DNA from: Opitutales bacterium | GTDB lineage: Bacteria; Verrucomicrobiota; Verrucomicrobiia; Opitutales; JABSRG01 | Assembly (NCBI GenBank): GCA_049599475.1 | Contig: JBMYOQ010000015.1 | Location: 13,649-77,648 of the forward strand | Direction of reading: 5' to 3' | DNA: 64,000 nucleotides | In this document: positions 9,588 to 19,390 of the stretch, piece by piece | Numbering within the stretch: position 1 is the stretch's first letter | Layout of the letters: every line of letters starts with the position of its first letter | Program-made: the position numbers and the translations under genes | Notes under the pieces: generated by a model | What the model was told of the DNA's origin: nothing | The model's database searches: none | The model's input: only the letters and a program-made list of their open reading frames with translations

Positions 9588-10748
9588 ATGAACGACGCGG
9601 ACGAGTCATGGTCAGATTCCGATGGAGGCGAAGTAGGATTCGTCGAGGAGCATGACTTTGTGTGCAAAGAGCCCTTTGTATGCGAAGAGGGCGGTAGCCT
9701 GTCTGAGTTCACATTACGTTATGAGACCTACGGTCACCTGAATGAGGATCGGAGCAATGTCATACTCATCGCGCATGCCTTGACGGGGGATCACCACGTC
9801 GCAGGTGTGCACAGCATGAATGATCGCAAAACCGGTTGGTGGAACCATATTCTGGGGCCAGGAAAGCCAATCGACACGCGTGAATATTTTGTGATCTGCT
9901 CGAATTGTCTCGGTGGCTGCCAAGGCTCGACGGGTCCAGCTTCCATAAACCCCGCGACGGGTAAGGCCTACGGCCTCGATTTTCCGATGATCACGATCGG
10001 AGATATGGTGCATGCGCAGAAGCGTCTACTCGACCATTTGGGGATCGATAAGCTCTATGCAGTGATCGGTGGAAGTATGGGAGGTATGCAAGCTCTCCAA
10101 TGGGCGATCGCTTATCCGGATATCCCCAAGCGTATTTTGGCCATGGCGACGACAGCCCGACAGAATTCGCAGGCGATCGCTTTCAACGAAGTGGGCCGCA
10201 GCGCGATCATGCAGGATGCTGATTGGAAAAATGGTAATTATGGTCAAGGGGCGGGTCCTAAAGTGGGCTTGGCCATTGCCCGTATGATGGCGCATATTAC
10301 CTATCTATCGGATCGTGGACTGGAGGCTAAATTTGGTCGAGCGCGCCGAGAGACGATGAAAGCTGGCCCAGATGCTCGTGATCACTTCGACGTAGAATTT
10401 GAGGTAGAATCCTACTTGCGCTATCAGGGGAAGTCTTTCGTAAACCGTTTTGATGCAAATACTTATTTGTACTTCACTAAGGCGCTTGATCGGTTTGACC
10501 TGTACGGACCGGCCCAGGATTTGGCGAATACATTCAAAGATGTGAAAGCGCGAACACTCGTCGTGGGCTTCACCTCAGACTGGCTGTTTCCCCCGGATCA
10601 AAACGAAGATATTGTCTATGCGCTGCTTCAGGCACGGAAAGATGCGAGCTATGTCGAGTGCGAGATGGATTTGGGCCACGACTCTTTTCTGCTGCACTCT
10701 CAGGAGCTCTACGAATTAGTCCGCTCCTTCTTGAAAGCGCCTTTATAA
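9588..10748 (+). CDS. metX: Homoserine O-acetyltransferase
   Basis: HALTGDHH, GGSMGGMQ nucleophile elbow, GHDSFLL; GGAGG RBS before ATG 9588; followed by metW. Confidence 0.93.
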   Translation: MNDADESWSDSDGGEVGFVEEHDFVCKEPFVCEEGGSLSEFTLRYETYGHLNEDRSNVILIAHALTGDHHVAGVHSMNDRKTGWWNHILGPGKPIDTREYFVICSNCLGGCQGSTGPASINPATGKAYGLDFPMITIGDMVHAQKRLLDHLGIDKLYAVIGGSMGGMQALQWAIAYPDIPKRILAMATTARQNSQAIAFNEVGRSAIMQDADWKNGNYGQGAGPKVGLAIARMMAHITYLSDRGLEAKFGRARRETMKAGPDARDHFDVEFEVESYLRYQGKSFVNRFDANTYLYFTKALDRFDLYGPAQDLANTFKDVKARTLVVGFTSDWLFPPDQNEDIVYALLQARKDASYVECEMDLGHDSFLLHSQELYELVRSFLKAPL

Positions 10749-10754
10749 TTTTTC

Positions 10755-11366
10755 ATGTCCCAAGCCTCAAATAAACGCCAAGTAGATTTTCAGGTGATCG
10801 CCGAATGGGTGGATCCGGGCTCCAGCGTGCTTGATTTGGGCTGTGGGCGAGGCGTGTTATTGGAATTTCTCAAGACGACGAAAGACGTCTACGGCGTCGG
10901 CGTGGACCTTTCTCAGAGCAAAGCTACGGCATGTGTGAAGCGGGGCATTCCTGTCTTCCAGGGGGATGTCGATGCTGTGTTGAATCGCTTCTCAGAGAAT
11001 GCGTTTGACCGTGTCATTTTCTCAAGGACGGTTGAAGAGCTGCGGAATCCTAAGCGCACCTTGAATCGCGCTCTAGAAGTGGGCCGCTCGGTAACCGTTG
11101 GTTTTATCAATCATGGCTATTGGATAAATCGCCTCAACCTGGCGTTGCATGGCAAACGAACGGTCAATGAAGTGTATCCGAAGCCGTGGCAGGAGACGCG
11201 CCCTCGTAATCCGTTCTCGATGTCGGAGTTTGAAGAGTTCTGCAGAGTCGAGGGCGTCACGATCCAGCGCCGACGCTGCCTGAGTGGGAATTGGGTGAAG
11301 GATCAGAGCTTCCTTCCAAATTTGTTCGCAGGATACGTGATCTACGACCTAGAAAAGCAGTCTTGA
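10755..11366 (+). CDS. metW: Methionine biosynthesis protein MetW
   Basis: VLDLGCGRG SAM motif; directly downstream of metX. Confidence 0.88.
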   Translation: MSQASNKRQVDFQVIAEWVDPGSSVLDLGCGRGVLLEFLKTTKDVYGVGVDLSQSKATACVKRGIPVFQGDVDAVLNRFSENAFDRVIFSRTVEELRNPKRTLNRALEVGRSVTVGFINHGYWINRLNLALHGKRTVNEVYPKPWQETRPRNPFSMSEFEEFCRVEGVTIQRRRCLSGNWVKDQSFLPNLFAGYVIYDLEKQS

Positions 11367-11406
11367 GGTTGCATCTAGGATCTGAGGTGTCCAGCCTCGC
11401 GAGCTG

Positions 11407-12594
11407 ATGAGTGTTGCCCAGGAGATATCTGCGATTCTGAACGATGTTATAGAGCTTCGGCATGATTTGCATGCCCATCCGGAAATCGCCTATCAAGAGA
11501 CCCGCACAGCGGCGAAAGTCTTGGAGAATCTGGAGGCGATCCCAGGCCTGGAGATTCGATCTGGATTGGCAGGTACGGGCGTGGTAGCGACCTTGCGCGG
11601 GGATATAGAAAAACCGGCGGTGGGCTTGCGTGCAGATATGGATGCGCTGCCTATGCAGGATAAGTGCGGTCAGCCGTGGGCGTCGACCATCCCTGGAAAA
11701 GCACATACCTGTGGGCATGATGGGCACACGGCAGCGCTCGTTGGAGCGGCGAAGGTCTTGGGCGCCAAGCAAGATGAGCTCGAGCAACCGGTGAAGTTTG
11801 TCTTTCAGCCTGCTGAGGAAGGAGGGGCTGGGGCCGATAAGATGATTTTGGAGGGTGCTCTGGAAGCACCGGAAGTGGCAGCCATTTTCGGTCTGCATGG
11901 CTGGCCTGCCCTCGATCGCGGGCAGATTGGTATCTGCCCTGGACCGATGTTGGCATCGTCTACGGCCGTGGAAATTGAGATTTTGGGAACCGGGGGACAT
12001 GCGGCAATGCCCCATCAGACACACGATCCAGTGGTCGCTGCGGCGCAGCTCATATCTTCTCTGCAGACTCTGGTTTCGCGGACTTTGAACCCTCTGGATT
12101 CGGGAGTGGTTTCTATCTGTAAGCTGGAGGGCGGTACGACGTTTAATGTGATTCCCGACCGTGTGAAATTGTTGGGGACCATTCGAGCTTTGAGGCAGTC
12201 TACGCGCGATCACTTGTTTGCGAAGGTCCGCAGTGTGTCTGCTCACATAGCAGAGGCCTTTGAATGTGAGGCCAAGGTTACCATCCATGAGGGCTATCCG
12301 GTGACTGAGAATGCGGCGTCAGCTCTCACTGTTTTTGAGAAATCAGCAAGAGATGCTTTGGGCCACGGTGAGTCGATCGTTCCGGTTCAACCGGTGATGG
12401 GCGGCGAAGATTTTTCGTTTTACGCGCAAAAGATCCCGGCCAACTTTTGGTTCTTGGGCGTGCGCCCGGAGGGCAAGGAAGATCAGGCTCAATTGCATCA
12501 GCCAGAATATGAATTTCCAGATGAAATGCTGGAGCCCGCCATTCGATTGCATTGTGCGACGGCCTTGGGATTTGCCACGCATTGGAACCCTTAG
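11407..12594 (+). CDS. M20D family amidohydrolase
   Basis: LHAHPE, RADMDALP, HTCGHDGH, FQPAEEGG, GGHAAMPH and GEDF motifs. Confidence 0.93.
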   Translation: MSVAQEISAILNDVIELRHDLHAHPEIAYQETRTAAKVLENLEAIPGLEIRSGLAGTGVVATLRGDIEKPAVGLRADMDALPMQDKCGQPWASTIPGKAHTCGHDGHTAALVGAAKVLGAKQDELEQPVKFVFQPAEEGGAGADKMILEGALEAPEVAAIFGLHGWPALDRGQIGICPGPMLASSTAVEIEILGTGGHAAMPHQTHDPVVAAAQLISSLQTLVSRTLNPLDSGVVSICKLEGGTTFNVIPDRVKLLGTIRALRQSTRDHLFAKVRSVSAHIAEAFECEAKVTIHEGYPVTENAASALTVFEKSARDALGHGESIVPVQPVMGGEDFSFYAQKIPANFWFLGVRPEGKEDQAQLHQPEYEFPDEMLEPAIRLHCATALGFATHWNP

Positions 12595-12626
12595 AGCCCT
12601 TTAGCCTCTGATTTTAGGAAAACGCT

Positions 12627-13520
12627 ATGTATCCGCCAATCGCTCCAGATGCTGAAGGATTTTATGTCCATCAATTATCGGAAATTTTGATCAAATTTCC
12701 TGATGGTTTTCCTGTGGATGGTATTCGCTACTATGGTTTGTCCTACTTGCTAGGTTTCTTAATTGCGTGGCTGCTTCTGAAGGTGCTCTACAAGCAGGGA
12801 GTCTCACCGCTTAATGCTGAGCAGCGAGCAGATTTGAGCCTCTACATCATTATTGGGGTGATGGCTGGCGGGCGTTTGGGATACATGCTGCTCTATGATT
12901 TTGGGGCATTACTGGAAAACCCGCTTTCGCTTTTTCAGGTGTGGAAAGGGGGCATGGCCAGCCACGGTGGATTCATCGGAGTGGTGATTGCCATGGCAAT
13001 CTATTCGAAGCGTACCCAAATTCCTTTTCTCAAACTCACGGATTTATGTGTATTGATCTGCACTCCCGGGATCGTACTGGGACGTATTGCAAACTTCATC
13101 AATGGAGAATTGTGGGGTCACCCGAGCCGCGTGAAATGGGCCGTAGTTTTTCCTGAAAGCACCGGTGTTTATCTGCCGGAGTACAGTGGCACCTTCCTGG
13201 TTCCACGTCATCCGAGCCAATTGTATCAAGCCGGTCTTGAAGGCCTCGCCGTAGGCGTTTTCCTTTGGTGGCGTTTAAGTCGCCTCAGAGGCGCATTAAG
13301 CACGGGTCGCCTCACGGGTCTGCTCGGGGCAGAATTCCTGATGGCTTATGGGGCGATGCGCATCGTGGGCGAACGCTTCCGAGTCCCGGATGATGGCGTC
13401 ACACTGATCTTTGGAGTCCTCAGCCGAGGCACTTTCTACTCAATCCTGATGCTTGTGATTGGGGCCATCGTTTGGCGATGGATAAAGCAAAAGGACCGCT
13501 CGCCTGAGATGGCGGCTTAG
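12627..13520 (+). CDS. lgt: Prolipoprotein diacylglyceryl transferase
   Basis: GGRLGY, GGMASHGG, GRIANFINGELWG, RHPSQLY. Confidence 0.96.
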   Translation: MYPPIAPDAEGFYVHQLSEILIKFPDGFPVDGIRYYGLSYLLGFLIAWLLLKVLYKQGVSPLNAEQRADLSLYIIIGVMAGGRLGYMLLYDFGALLENPLSLFQVWKGGMASHGGFIGVVIAMAIYSKRTQIPFLKLTDLCVLICTPGIVLGRIANFINGELWGHPSRVKWAVVFPESTGVYLPEYSGTFLVPRHPSQLYQAGLEGLAVGVFLWWRLSRLRGALSTGRLTGLLGAEFLMAYGAMRIVGERFRVPDDGVTLIFGVLSRGTFYSILMLVIGAIVWRWIKQKDRSPEMAA

Positions 13521-13537
13521 CCTTTCTCCTCGCGTCT

Positions 13538-14386
13538 CTATCGCGAAGGGCGGAAGCGGCGATGAGCTATCATAGCCAATAGAGCGAGAACGGCACTCGC
13601 TAACCCTACGGTAGCAGGTTCCGGGATTTTCACTAATTTGAAGTTCAAAGCACTGATGGAGAAGCCGGCAGAGCCGATCTCTGAGTGATCCACGGGCTGA
13701 GTAAAGCTGAAGGAATCTTTGCTGCCACTGATAACGATCGATTGATCCATCACATCGAAAGTCTGGATGTCCTGCATGTTCGTAATCTCGTAGTCTGTAT
13801 TTTGCTCATTGTGCCTTAAGCGCATCAACGGGCTCGTCGTCTTTGGCCGATTGGCGTCTGAGATGGTGACAGAGCTCAAGACCACTTCGGTATCGACAAG
13901 TCCGGTTGCATCCACGGTCCAGATCATCTCTTCGAACGATTCTCTCAGGGCTGGGTTTGGGGTCGCGGTACCGCCTTGAATACCGCCGCCGTTGATTTTA
14001 CCCGCGTTGAAGCCTTGCACGCCGATGCCCGTTCCCTGCACGTTTGCGAAAATATTACCGGGCTTCCCTAGGTCGCTAATAGAAGAAACAGTGATCGACA
14101 GAGAGCCTGCAGGTGTTTCCCCGATATTTCCCAAGACTTCACCGCTGAATGCTTGCGATATGTCCGCGTGCAGGAATCTGCTGGCCCCAGCCTCTTTGAT
14201 ACGGACTTGGCCGCTTGGGTTGATGTCGATTTCGAAAGTCAGCTCTCCCTGGCGCTTGTTGATTTCGTTCTCGTGGTAGTTAGGGATCCGGGTGCCAATT
14301 TCTGAGAAATCTAGCGAGATTTCAGTCGCTGTCGCTAGATGGGTAGCCGCGATCAAGCCGAAGCAAAGGGAAAGGGATTTTTTCAC
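13538..14386 (-). CDS. PEP-CTERM sorting domain-containing surface protein
   Basis: Signal peptide from GTG 14386; C-terminal IPEPATVGLASAVLALLAMIAHRRFR. Confidence 0.88.
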   Translation of the reverse strand: MKKSLSLCFGLIAATHLATATEISLDFSEIGTRIPNYHENEINKRQGELTFEIDINPSGQVRIKEAGASRFLHADISQAFSGEVLGNIGETPAGSLSITVSSISDLGKPGNIFANVQGTGIGVQGFNAGKINGGGIQGGTATPNPALRESFEEMIWTVDATGLVDTEVVLSSVTISDANRPKTTSPLMRLRHNEQNTDYEITNMQDIQTFDVMDQSIVISGSKDSFSFTQPVDHSEIGSAGFSISALNFKLVKIPEPATVGLASAVLALLAMIAHRRFRPSR

Positions 14387-14553
14387 GATAGGGAAGGGGG
14401 AGGGTTTCGTGGGTGAATTGCGTAAAGGTTTAACCAATGTCTTACGGCATGTCAGTTAAAAATTTATACGTTCTAGACCGTATTCTGAGAGGATTGATTG
14501 AATGGGCACGACTCGCATACGTACAATAATGAGGCGGACGCCCCTATGGAGTG

Positions 14554-14728
14554 GAATGTCGCTTCTTTAATAGTATCTCAAGGGGTAGCGCCGGGGCACC
14601 GAACCGGCATGACTCGGCTTTAGCCGCAGAAGCTATCGCGCCCATGCCCGCTCGGTGATCGGGCGCTTCCCCTTGGTGTAAGTTGAAGGTAATTGATGCC
14701 CGAAAATACTCTGAAGGAAGCGCCATTC
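14554..14728. mobile_element. Putative MITE (IS4-like ends), 175 bp, with 11 bp target-site duplication
   Basis: TIRs GAATGTCGCTTCTTTAATAGTAT / rc GAATGGCGCTTCCTTCAGAGTAT (19/23 identical). Direct repeat CCTATGGAGTG at 14543-14553 and 14729-14739. Internal long hairpin. Confidence 0.7.
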
Positions 14729-14770
14729 CCTATGGAGTGTCCGCCCGCATTACTTCTGAGTTTCGTACGA

Positions 14771-15469
14771 TTATTCCATTGTGAAGAAGAGCAGATCTGA
14801 ATCGGACTGAGCTCTAATGCTTCCTCCGTCCTCTTCCTTTATGGCTACTCCGTCTCCGGTTTTTACCACTTGTCCATCCATCTCGATGTCTCCCTCGACC
14901 ACTTGCAGCCATCCCTGCTGCGAGTCGTTGAGTGGCAGATCTAAAGACTGGCCCTTTGAGAGGCGCGCGTTTCGGATTTCTGTTTTTTGGCGAATGGTCA
15001 TCGAGTTGTCCTTACCGTCTGGGCTTGCGAGGAGCACCCAGGCATCCCTGCGAGCTGTGTCGTCGATATCGAGTTCTTGATAGTCAGGGGCCAGGCCGCG
15101 CTTCTCCGGAGTGATCCAGATTTGATACAGATGCGTGTGATCGGAGTCGCTTGGATTTCCCTCGCTGTGTACAATGCCTCGGCCAGCAGTCATCAATTGC
15201 ACGCGGTTTTTACCCACGTGACTGGTGTTCCCGAGATTGTCTTTATGCTCGAGGAGGCCTTCGGGCACGTAGGAGAAGATCTCCATGTCAGAATGCGGAT
15301 GGGGCGGGAATAAGCCGCCGGGTCCGATCCGGTCGTCGTTCATCACGCGAAGATGTCCAAAGCGGACGTGTTCTGGGTCATAGTAGCCTCCGAAGCTAAA
15401 GGAATGGCGTGAATCCAGCCACTCGAATTGGGAGACTCCTCGTTCATTTGCTTTACGTATTGTTTTCAT
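14771..15469 (-). CDS. Pirin family protein (YhhW-like)
   Basis: HSFSFG, LRVMNDD, HPHSDMEI, HKD, MTAGRGIVHSE, YQIW. Confidence 0.93.
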   Translation of the reverse strand: MKTIRKANERGVSQFEWLDSRHSFSFGGYYDPEHVRFGHLRVMNDDRIGPGGLFPPHPHSDMEIFSYVPEGLLEHKDNLGNTSHVGKNRVQLMTAGRGIVHSEGNPSDSDHTHLYQIWITPEKRGLAPDYQELDIDDTARRDAWVLLASPDGKDNSMTIRQKTEIRNARLSKGQSLDLPLNDSQQGWLQVVEGDIEMDGQVVKTGDGVAIKEEDGGSIRAQSDSDLLFFTME

Positions 15470-15471
15470 AA

Positions 15472-15487
15472 ATCTTTACATCAAGAT
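15472..15487. promoter_or_regulatory. Putative MarR/MhqR-type operator upstream of pirin
   Basis: Palindrome ATCTT-N6-AAGAT; second copy at 15967-15982. Confidence 0.65.
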
Positions 15488-15504
15488 ATTAGTGCTAAAT
15501 TAAA

Positions 15505-15945
15505 TTACCCATTTAGGGCCTCAGCGTGTTTTCCGAGTTTCTTTAGAAGGCTGGCGAGGGCGATCGATTCGGCGTGTTCTAGGACTTTGAAAATCTCGCG
15601 CAAGTCCTCCAGATGGGTCTCGAAGCAGGAGGCTATCCGCTGGTGGCCACTTTCCGTGAGATCTACCCAGTAAATGCGGCGGTCCTGGGAATCCTGAATA
15701 CGCTCAACCCAACCCTTTTTCTGCAGACGATCAACGGCAGAGGTGATTGAGCCACTAGTCAGCATGACCTTTTTGCCAATCGTGTTTACAGGTTGTTTGC
15801 CTTGGTTGAATAAAATTTCTAGCACTGCGAAATCCGATATAGAATCGAAGCCGAGGCGTTGGATCGATTGGCGATCGATACTCTCGACCGCTCGAAACGA
15901 GCGGAACAGAAGTATCCACAAATATCCGGCTTCTTTAGTGTCCAT
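15505..15945 (-). CDS. MarR family transcriptional regulator (MhqR-like)
   Basis: DFAVLEILFNQGKQPVNTIGKKVMLTSGSITSAVDRL..DRR winged helix. Confidence 0.92.
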   Translation of the reverse strand: MDTKEAGYLWILLFRSFRAVESIDRQSIQRLGFDSISDFAVLEILFNQGKQPVNTIGKKVMLTSGSITSAVDRLQKKGWVERIQDSQDRRIYWVDLTESGHQRIASCFETHLEDLREIFKVLEHAESIALASLLKKLGKHAEALNG

Positions 15946-15966
15946 ACTGAATCAAATAGCCTAGAT

Positions 15967-15982
15967 ATCTTTATGTCAAGGT
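15967..15982. promoter_or_regulatory. Putative MarR/MhqR-type operator upstream of marR
   Basis: ATCTTTATGTCAAGGT, overlapping a minus-strand TTGACA. Confidence 0.6.
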
Positions 15983-16072
15983 AAATAGGCTTATAGTTAA
16001 CTTATAGGTCGTTTTTGATTAACAAAAAGAATTTGCATTTTGCCCGCTTAGTGGCTTTTTAATTGATCCCTT

Positions 16073-17926
16073 ATGCAGACTTTCAGAATTCTAAGCGCCT
16101 CTTTACTGAGTAGTGGAATCCTTCTGGGAAACAACGGTGAAGTGCTTCCAGAGCTCGATGCGTGGGAACACAGGGCGAATCCTGTGGCCATCCCCGAGGC
16201 CCCAGGCTCGATCGCGACAGTCGTCTCTGAGCTCTCTTACTCCCCTTGGGTGGATGTGCAGTCGCGCAATCGCGGTGAGCTTCAGGGAGACATCTCTATA
16301 CGCGGCGGTACTTTTGAAGGCACAGGATTCACGATCGCTGGTTTGACCTTGATCGACCCGCAGACGGGGCACTACTCAGCTGAAATACCCGTTGATCCTG
16401 CGATGCTGTCTGCTCCGGAAATTGGTCTAGGCAGTGCGCACGCAGCCTCAGGGTTCAATGCGACTGCGGGTTCAGTAGCCTACCAACTGAGTTCGGTTGA
16501 AGATGAGATCCGGGTGCGTGGCACGGTGGGTAGTGATGAATTGTTTGGTGGATCTGCATATTTTGGCCGCACCTTTGACGATGCGGAATGGTCCAGTGAT
16601 TTAGCGGTTGCCTATTCCGAGAGCGACGGAGCTGTCGAAGGCGGTAGACATGAGTTTGAGCGTATCACGGGTCGTGTGCAGTGGAAAAATGAGGATGCCC
16701 GCTTCAACGTCGTCGCTGGGTATCAGGATAAATACTTTGCCTGGCCTTACCTCTATGCACTCCAGGAATTACATGATTTGATCGGGACGAGTGGAATCGA
16801 AACCGAGCAAATCGAGACGACTTTGCTTTTGGCGGAATACGAACGCGCGTTTGGGGATAACCTATTTAGCATTAGTGGATATTTCAGAGAGAACAAAGAC
16901 GACTACGAATTCGATCTCGAGGATCCGGGGCTCTTCAATCCTTATCAGCACACCACTGAGGTGATCGGTTCACAGGTTGCTTACGATGCCGCTGTCGCGG
17001 GGGGTGTGTGGTCGACCGGACTTCAATTTTATACTGATGATATCGAGTCCACAGCCTTGGTGAATTCTCCGTTTAACTCACGTGATTATTGGGCGCTCTC
17101 ATCTGGATGGAGCGGGGAGCTCTACAGTTCGGGGCGAACCACTCACAATTTGGCCTTTGGCGTGCGTTATGAAGATACTAGCGAAGATGAGGCAGCTTGG
17201 TCGCCCTATGCGCGCTGGGCTATCGATCTCGAGCGAAACGCTGGCGTGTGGCAAATTTATCTCGATGCGAGTCAGTCCACGAAGGTGGCAGGTTATACAG
17301 TCTTGGGCGGCAGCGAGACCGGGGGCCTGTTTCGCGGAAACCAAAATCCACATCGCGAGTATGCCCGCACCTATGAAGGCGGATTGGTGTTTACGGGAGA
17401 GACCGGACTCAATGCGCGCGCATCGATTTTTTATCGTGAGGACGACGATCTCGTAGACTGGACCTTCGAGTCGGGCTCTCTATTTGCGCGAAAAGCTGAG
17501 AATGTGGACATCGAAACCTATGGCGCGGAGCTCTTCGCCTCTTACTCGTTCGGGTGGTTTACTGGATTTGCGAGCTACGCCTATCTTGATAAAGACGAGG
17601 ACTACGGTGCTGTTGCCGATACCGTAGATGGCAGTTTCTATGCGCTCAACTACGCGGACCATCGATTCACTTTGGGGCTGGATGCTCAATTGACTGACGA
17701 TCTCCGAGTCCTTTGGGACCAAGAATATCGGGTCCAAGCAGAAAATGAGTTGAGAAGCGGCGCCGAGAAGGTGTGGCTCCACTCTGTCGCAGTCGATTAT
17801 CAGATCCTGGAAAGTCTCTCCGGTCGCCTTGCGGTGGACAATGTCTTGGACGAAGTTTTTGAGGAGGTCCCAGGAGTTCCAGGCACTGGAAGAAGCGTAT
17901 CCGTTTCTCTGGAAGCGCGTTTCTAA
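16073..17926 (+). CDS. TonB-dependent receptor
   Basis: DISIRGGTFE..DPQTGHY plug; C-terminal DNVLDE..GRSVSVSLEARF. Confidence 0.88.
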   Translation: MQTFRILSASLLSSGILLGNNGEVLPELDAWEHRANPVAIPEAPGSIATVVSELSYSPWVDVQSRNRGELQGDISIRGGTFEGTGFTIAGLTLIDPQTGHYSAEIPVDPAMLSAPEIGLGSAHAASGFNATAGSVAYQLSSVEDEIRVRGTVGSDELFGGSAYFGRTFDDAEWSSDLAVAYSESDGAVEGGRHEFERITGRVQWKNEDARFNVVAGYQDKYFAWPYLYALQELHDLIGTSGIETEQIETTLLLAEYERAFGDNLFSISGYFRENKDDYEFDLEDPGLFNPYQHTTEVIGSQVAYDAAVAGGVWSTGLQFYTDDIESTALVNSPFNSRDYWALSSGWSGELYSSGRTTHNLAFGVRYEDTSEDEAAWSPYARWAIDLERNAGVWQIYLDASQSTKVAGYTVLGGSETGGLFRGNQNPHREYARTYEGGLVFTGETGLNARASIFYREDDDLVDWTFESGSLFARKAENVDIETYGAELFASYSFGWFTGFASYAYLDKDEDYGAVADTVDGSFYALNYADHRFTLGLDAQLTDDLRVLWDQEYRVQAENELRSGAEKVWLHSVAVDYQILESLSGRLAVDNVLDEVFEEVPGVPGTGRSVSVSLEARF

Positions 17927-18099
17927 AGCTGGAACGCAACCGGCTATAAACCATTTTTGTGAGGCAAAAAAAGCGTTCAGAAATTTTTTTTCAGAAAATC
18001 GAAAATTCTTTGAACGTTTTAGTCACTGCTTCGACTAAACATATAACTGATATTTTGCAGTAGTTTCATAGTTTCAGTTTAGTTTGTAGTTTGTTTGAG

Positions 18100-18136
18100 A
18101 GAAGCCGCCTTTTGCAGAGGGCGGCTTCTTTTTTTT
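18100..18136 (+). terminator. Rho-independent terminator
   Basis: AGAAGCCGCC...GGCGGCTTCT followed by a T run. Confidence 0.8.
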
Positions 18137-18153
18137 GGCTGTCCTAAAAGCAC

Positions 18154-19275
18154 CTAGCGAACGTGCACGTAATTGCCGCGCTCTTGCTCTTTTTTAAGAC
18201 GGAGTTGACCACAGGCTGCATCGATATCGTGGCCTTTTTCGCGTCGGATCGTTACGCTAACCCGTTCGCGTTTGAGGATGTTTACAAAAACTCGCTGGCG
18301 ATTCATCGATGGTCGTTTCCATTGGAGTCCATCCACGGAGTTGTACGGAATACAATTTACGTGGGCATGAAGATCGCGGGCGATTTTCGAGAGTTCCTCG
18401 GCCTGCTCGACGCTGTCGTTGACTCCTTCGATTAGAATGTACTCTAGGGTGACCATTCGGCCGTTTTTCTCCCGGAAGTATGCGATTGCGGGTAGAAGCT
18501 CTTCGAGAGGGTATTTGCGATTGATCGGCATAATCTTTCGCCGCACCTCATTGGTCGCTCCGTGAAGCGATATAGCTAAGCGCAAATTGAGGGGTTCTTC
18601 CGCAAGTTGTCGAATCTGGGGAGCGAGCCCAGAGGTAGACAATGTGATGCGGCGCGCTCCAAAATTCATTCCCCAATCAGAATTTAGAATCTTTAGGGCG
18701 GGGACCACATTGTCATAGTTGGAAAGAGGCTCTCCCATGCCCATCATGACGATGTTGTCGAAAGCGGCGTGGTCATCTTTCGAGGCATCTGGATCTTCCT
18801 GTTCCAAGGTGCGGGAGGCATGTATGAGCTGGGATACGATTTCCGCGGTATTGAGATCGCGCTTAAATCCTGCCAGTCCACTCGCGCAGAATTTACAGGC
18901 GTAGGCACAGCCCACTTGGCTGGAAACGCAGATCGTTTTGCGGGCGTTCTCTTGTCCCACGCCGATCATCGGAGCACGGATTACGACGGTTTCTACGAGA
19001 GATCTATCTCCGTATTCGATAAGGAGTTTGTCCGTAACGTCGGTGGCCTTTTTATCGAGGAGAATTTTGGAGGGCAGAAGTGTGAAAGCGTCGTCGAGCC
19101 ATTGACGGAGCGCTTTGGACAGGTTGGTCATCTCCGCCCATTCGACGACGCGCTTCTTGTAGAGCCACTGCATGATTTGCCCTGCGCGGAATGCAGGGTG
19201 CCCGGCTTCCTTGAGTTTTGACTGAAGCGTTTCAAGGGTCTCGCCGTAAATGCTGGGCTTTGTGTGTTCTACCAT
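18154..19275 (-). CDS. rlmN: Dual-specificity RNA methyltransferase RlmN
   Basis: CVSSQVGCAYACKFC, MGMGEP, AACGQL. Confidence 0.95.
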   Translation of the reverse strand: MVEHTKPSIYGETLETLQSKLKEAGHPAFRAGQIMQWLYKKRVVEWAEMTNLSKALRQWLDDAFTLLPSKILLDKKATDVTDKLLIEYGDRSLVETVVIRAPMIGVGQENARKTICVSSQVGCAYACKFCASGLAGFKRDLNTAEIVSQLIHASRTLEQEDPDASKDDHAAFDNIVMMGMGEPLSNYDNVVPALKILNSDWGMNFGARRITLSTSGLAPQIRQLAEEPLNLRLAISLHGATNEVRRKIMPINRKYPLEELLPAIAYFREKNGRMVTLEYILIEGVNDSVEQAEELSKIARDLHAHVNCIPYNSVDGLQWKRPSMNRQRVFVNILKRERVSVTIRREKGHDIDAACGQLRLKKEQERGNYVHVR

Positions 19276-19390
19276 CGGATTCTGAAAATTTTAACCTTTC
19301 CGCTATAGTTGCAACGATCTATTGAGTATTCCTGGAACTCGCTGCCGATCTCCGTGTTATTTCGGCACAAATCTTTCTCAACTTCTTCTC

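Noticed and set aside
11257..12288. 343 aa minus-strand ORF
   Set aside because: Antisense shadow of the amidohydrolase.
14441..14470. Sigma-28-like GCCGTAA/GCCGAT promoters (also near 5720, 5765 and 63760)
   Set aside because: The -35 element and spacing are not consistent between sites.
14544..14726. 60 aa ORF within the palindromic element
   Set aside because: No coding signal; explained by the MITE or structured sequence.
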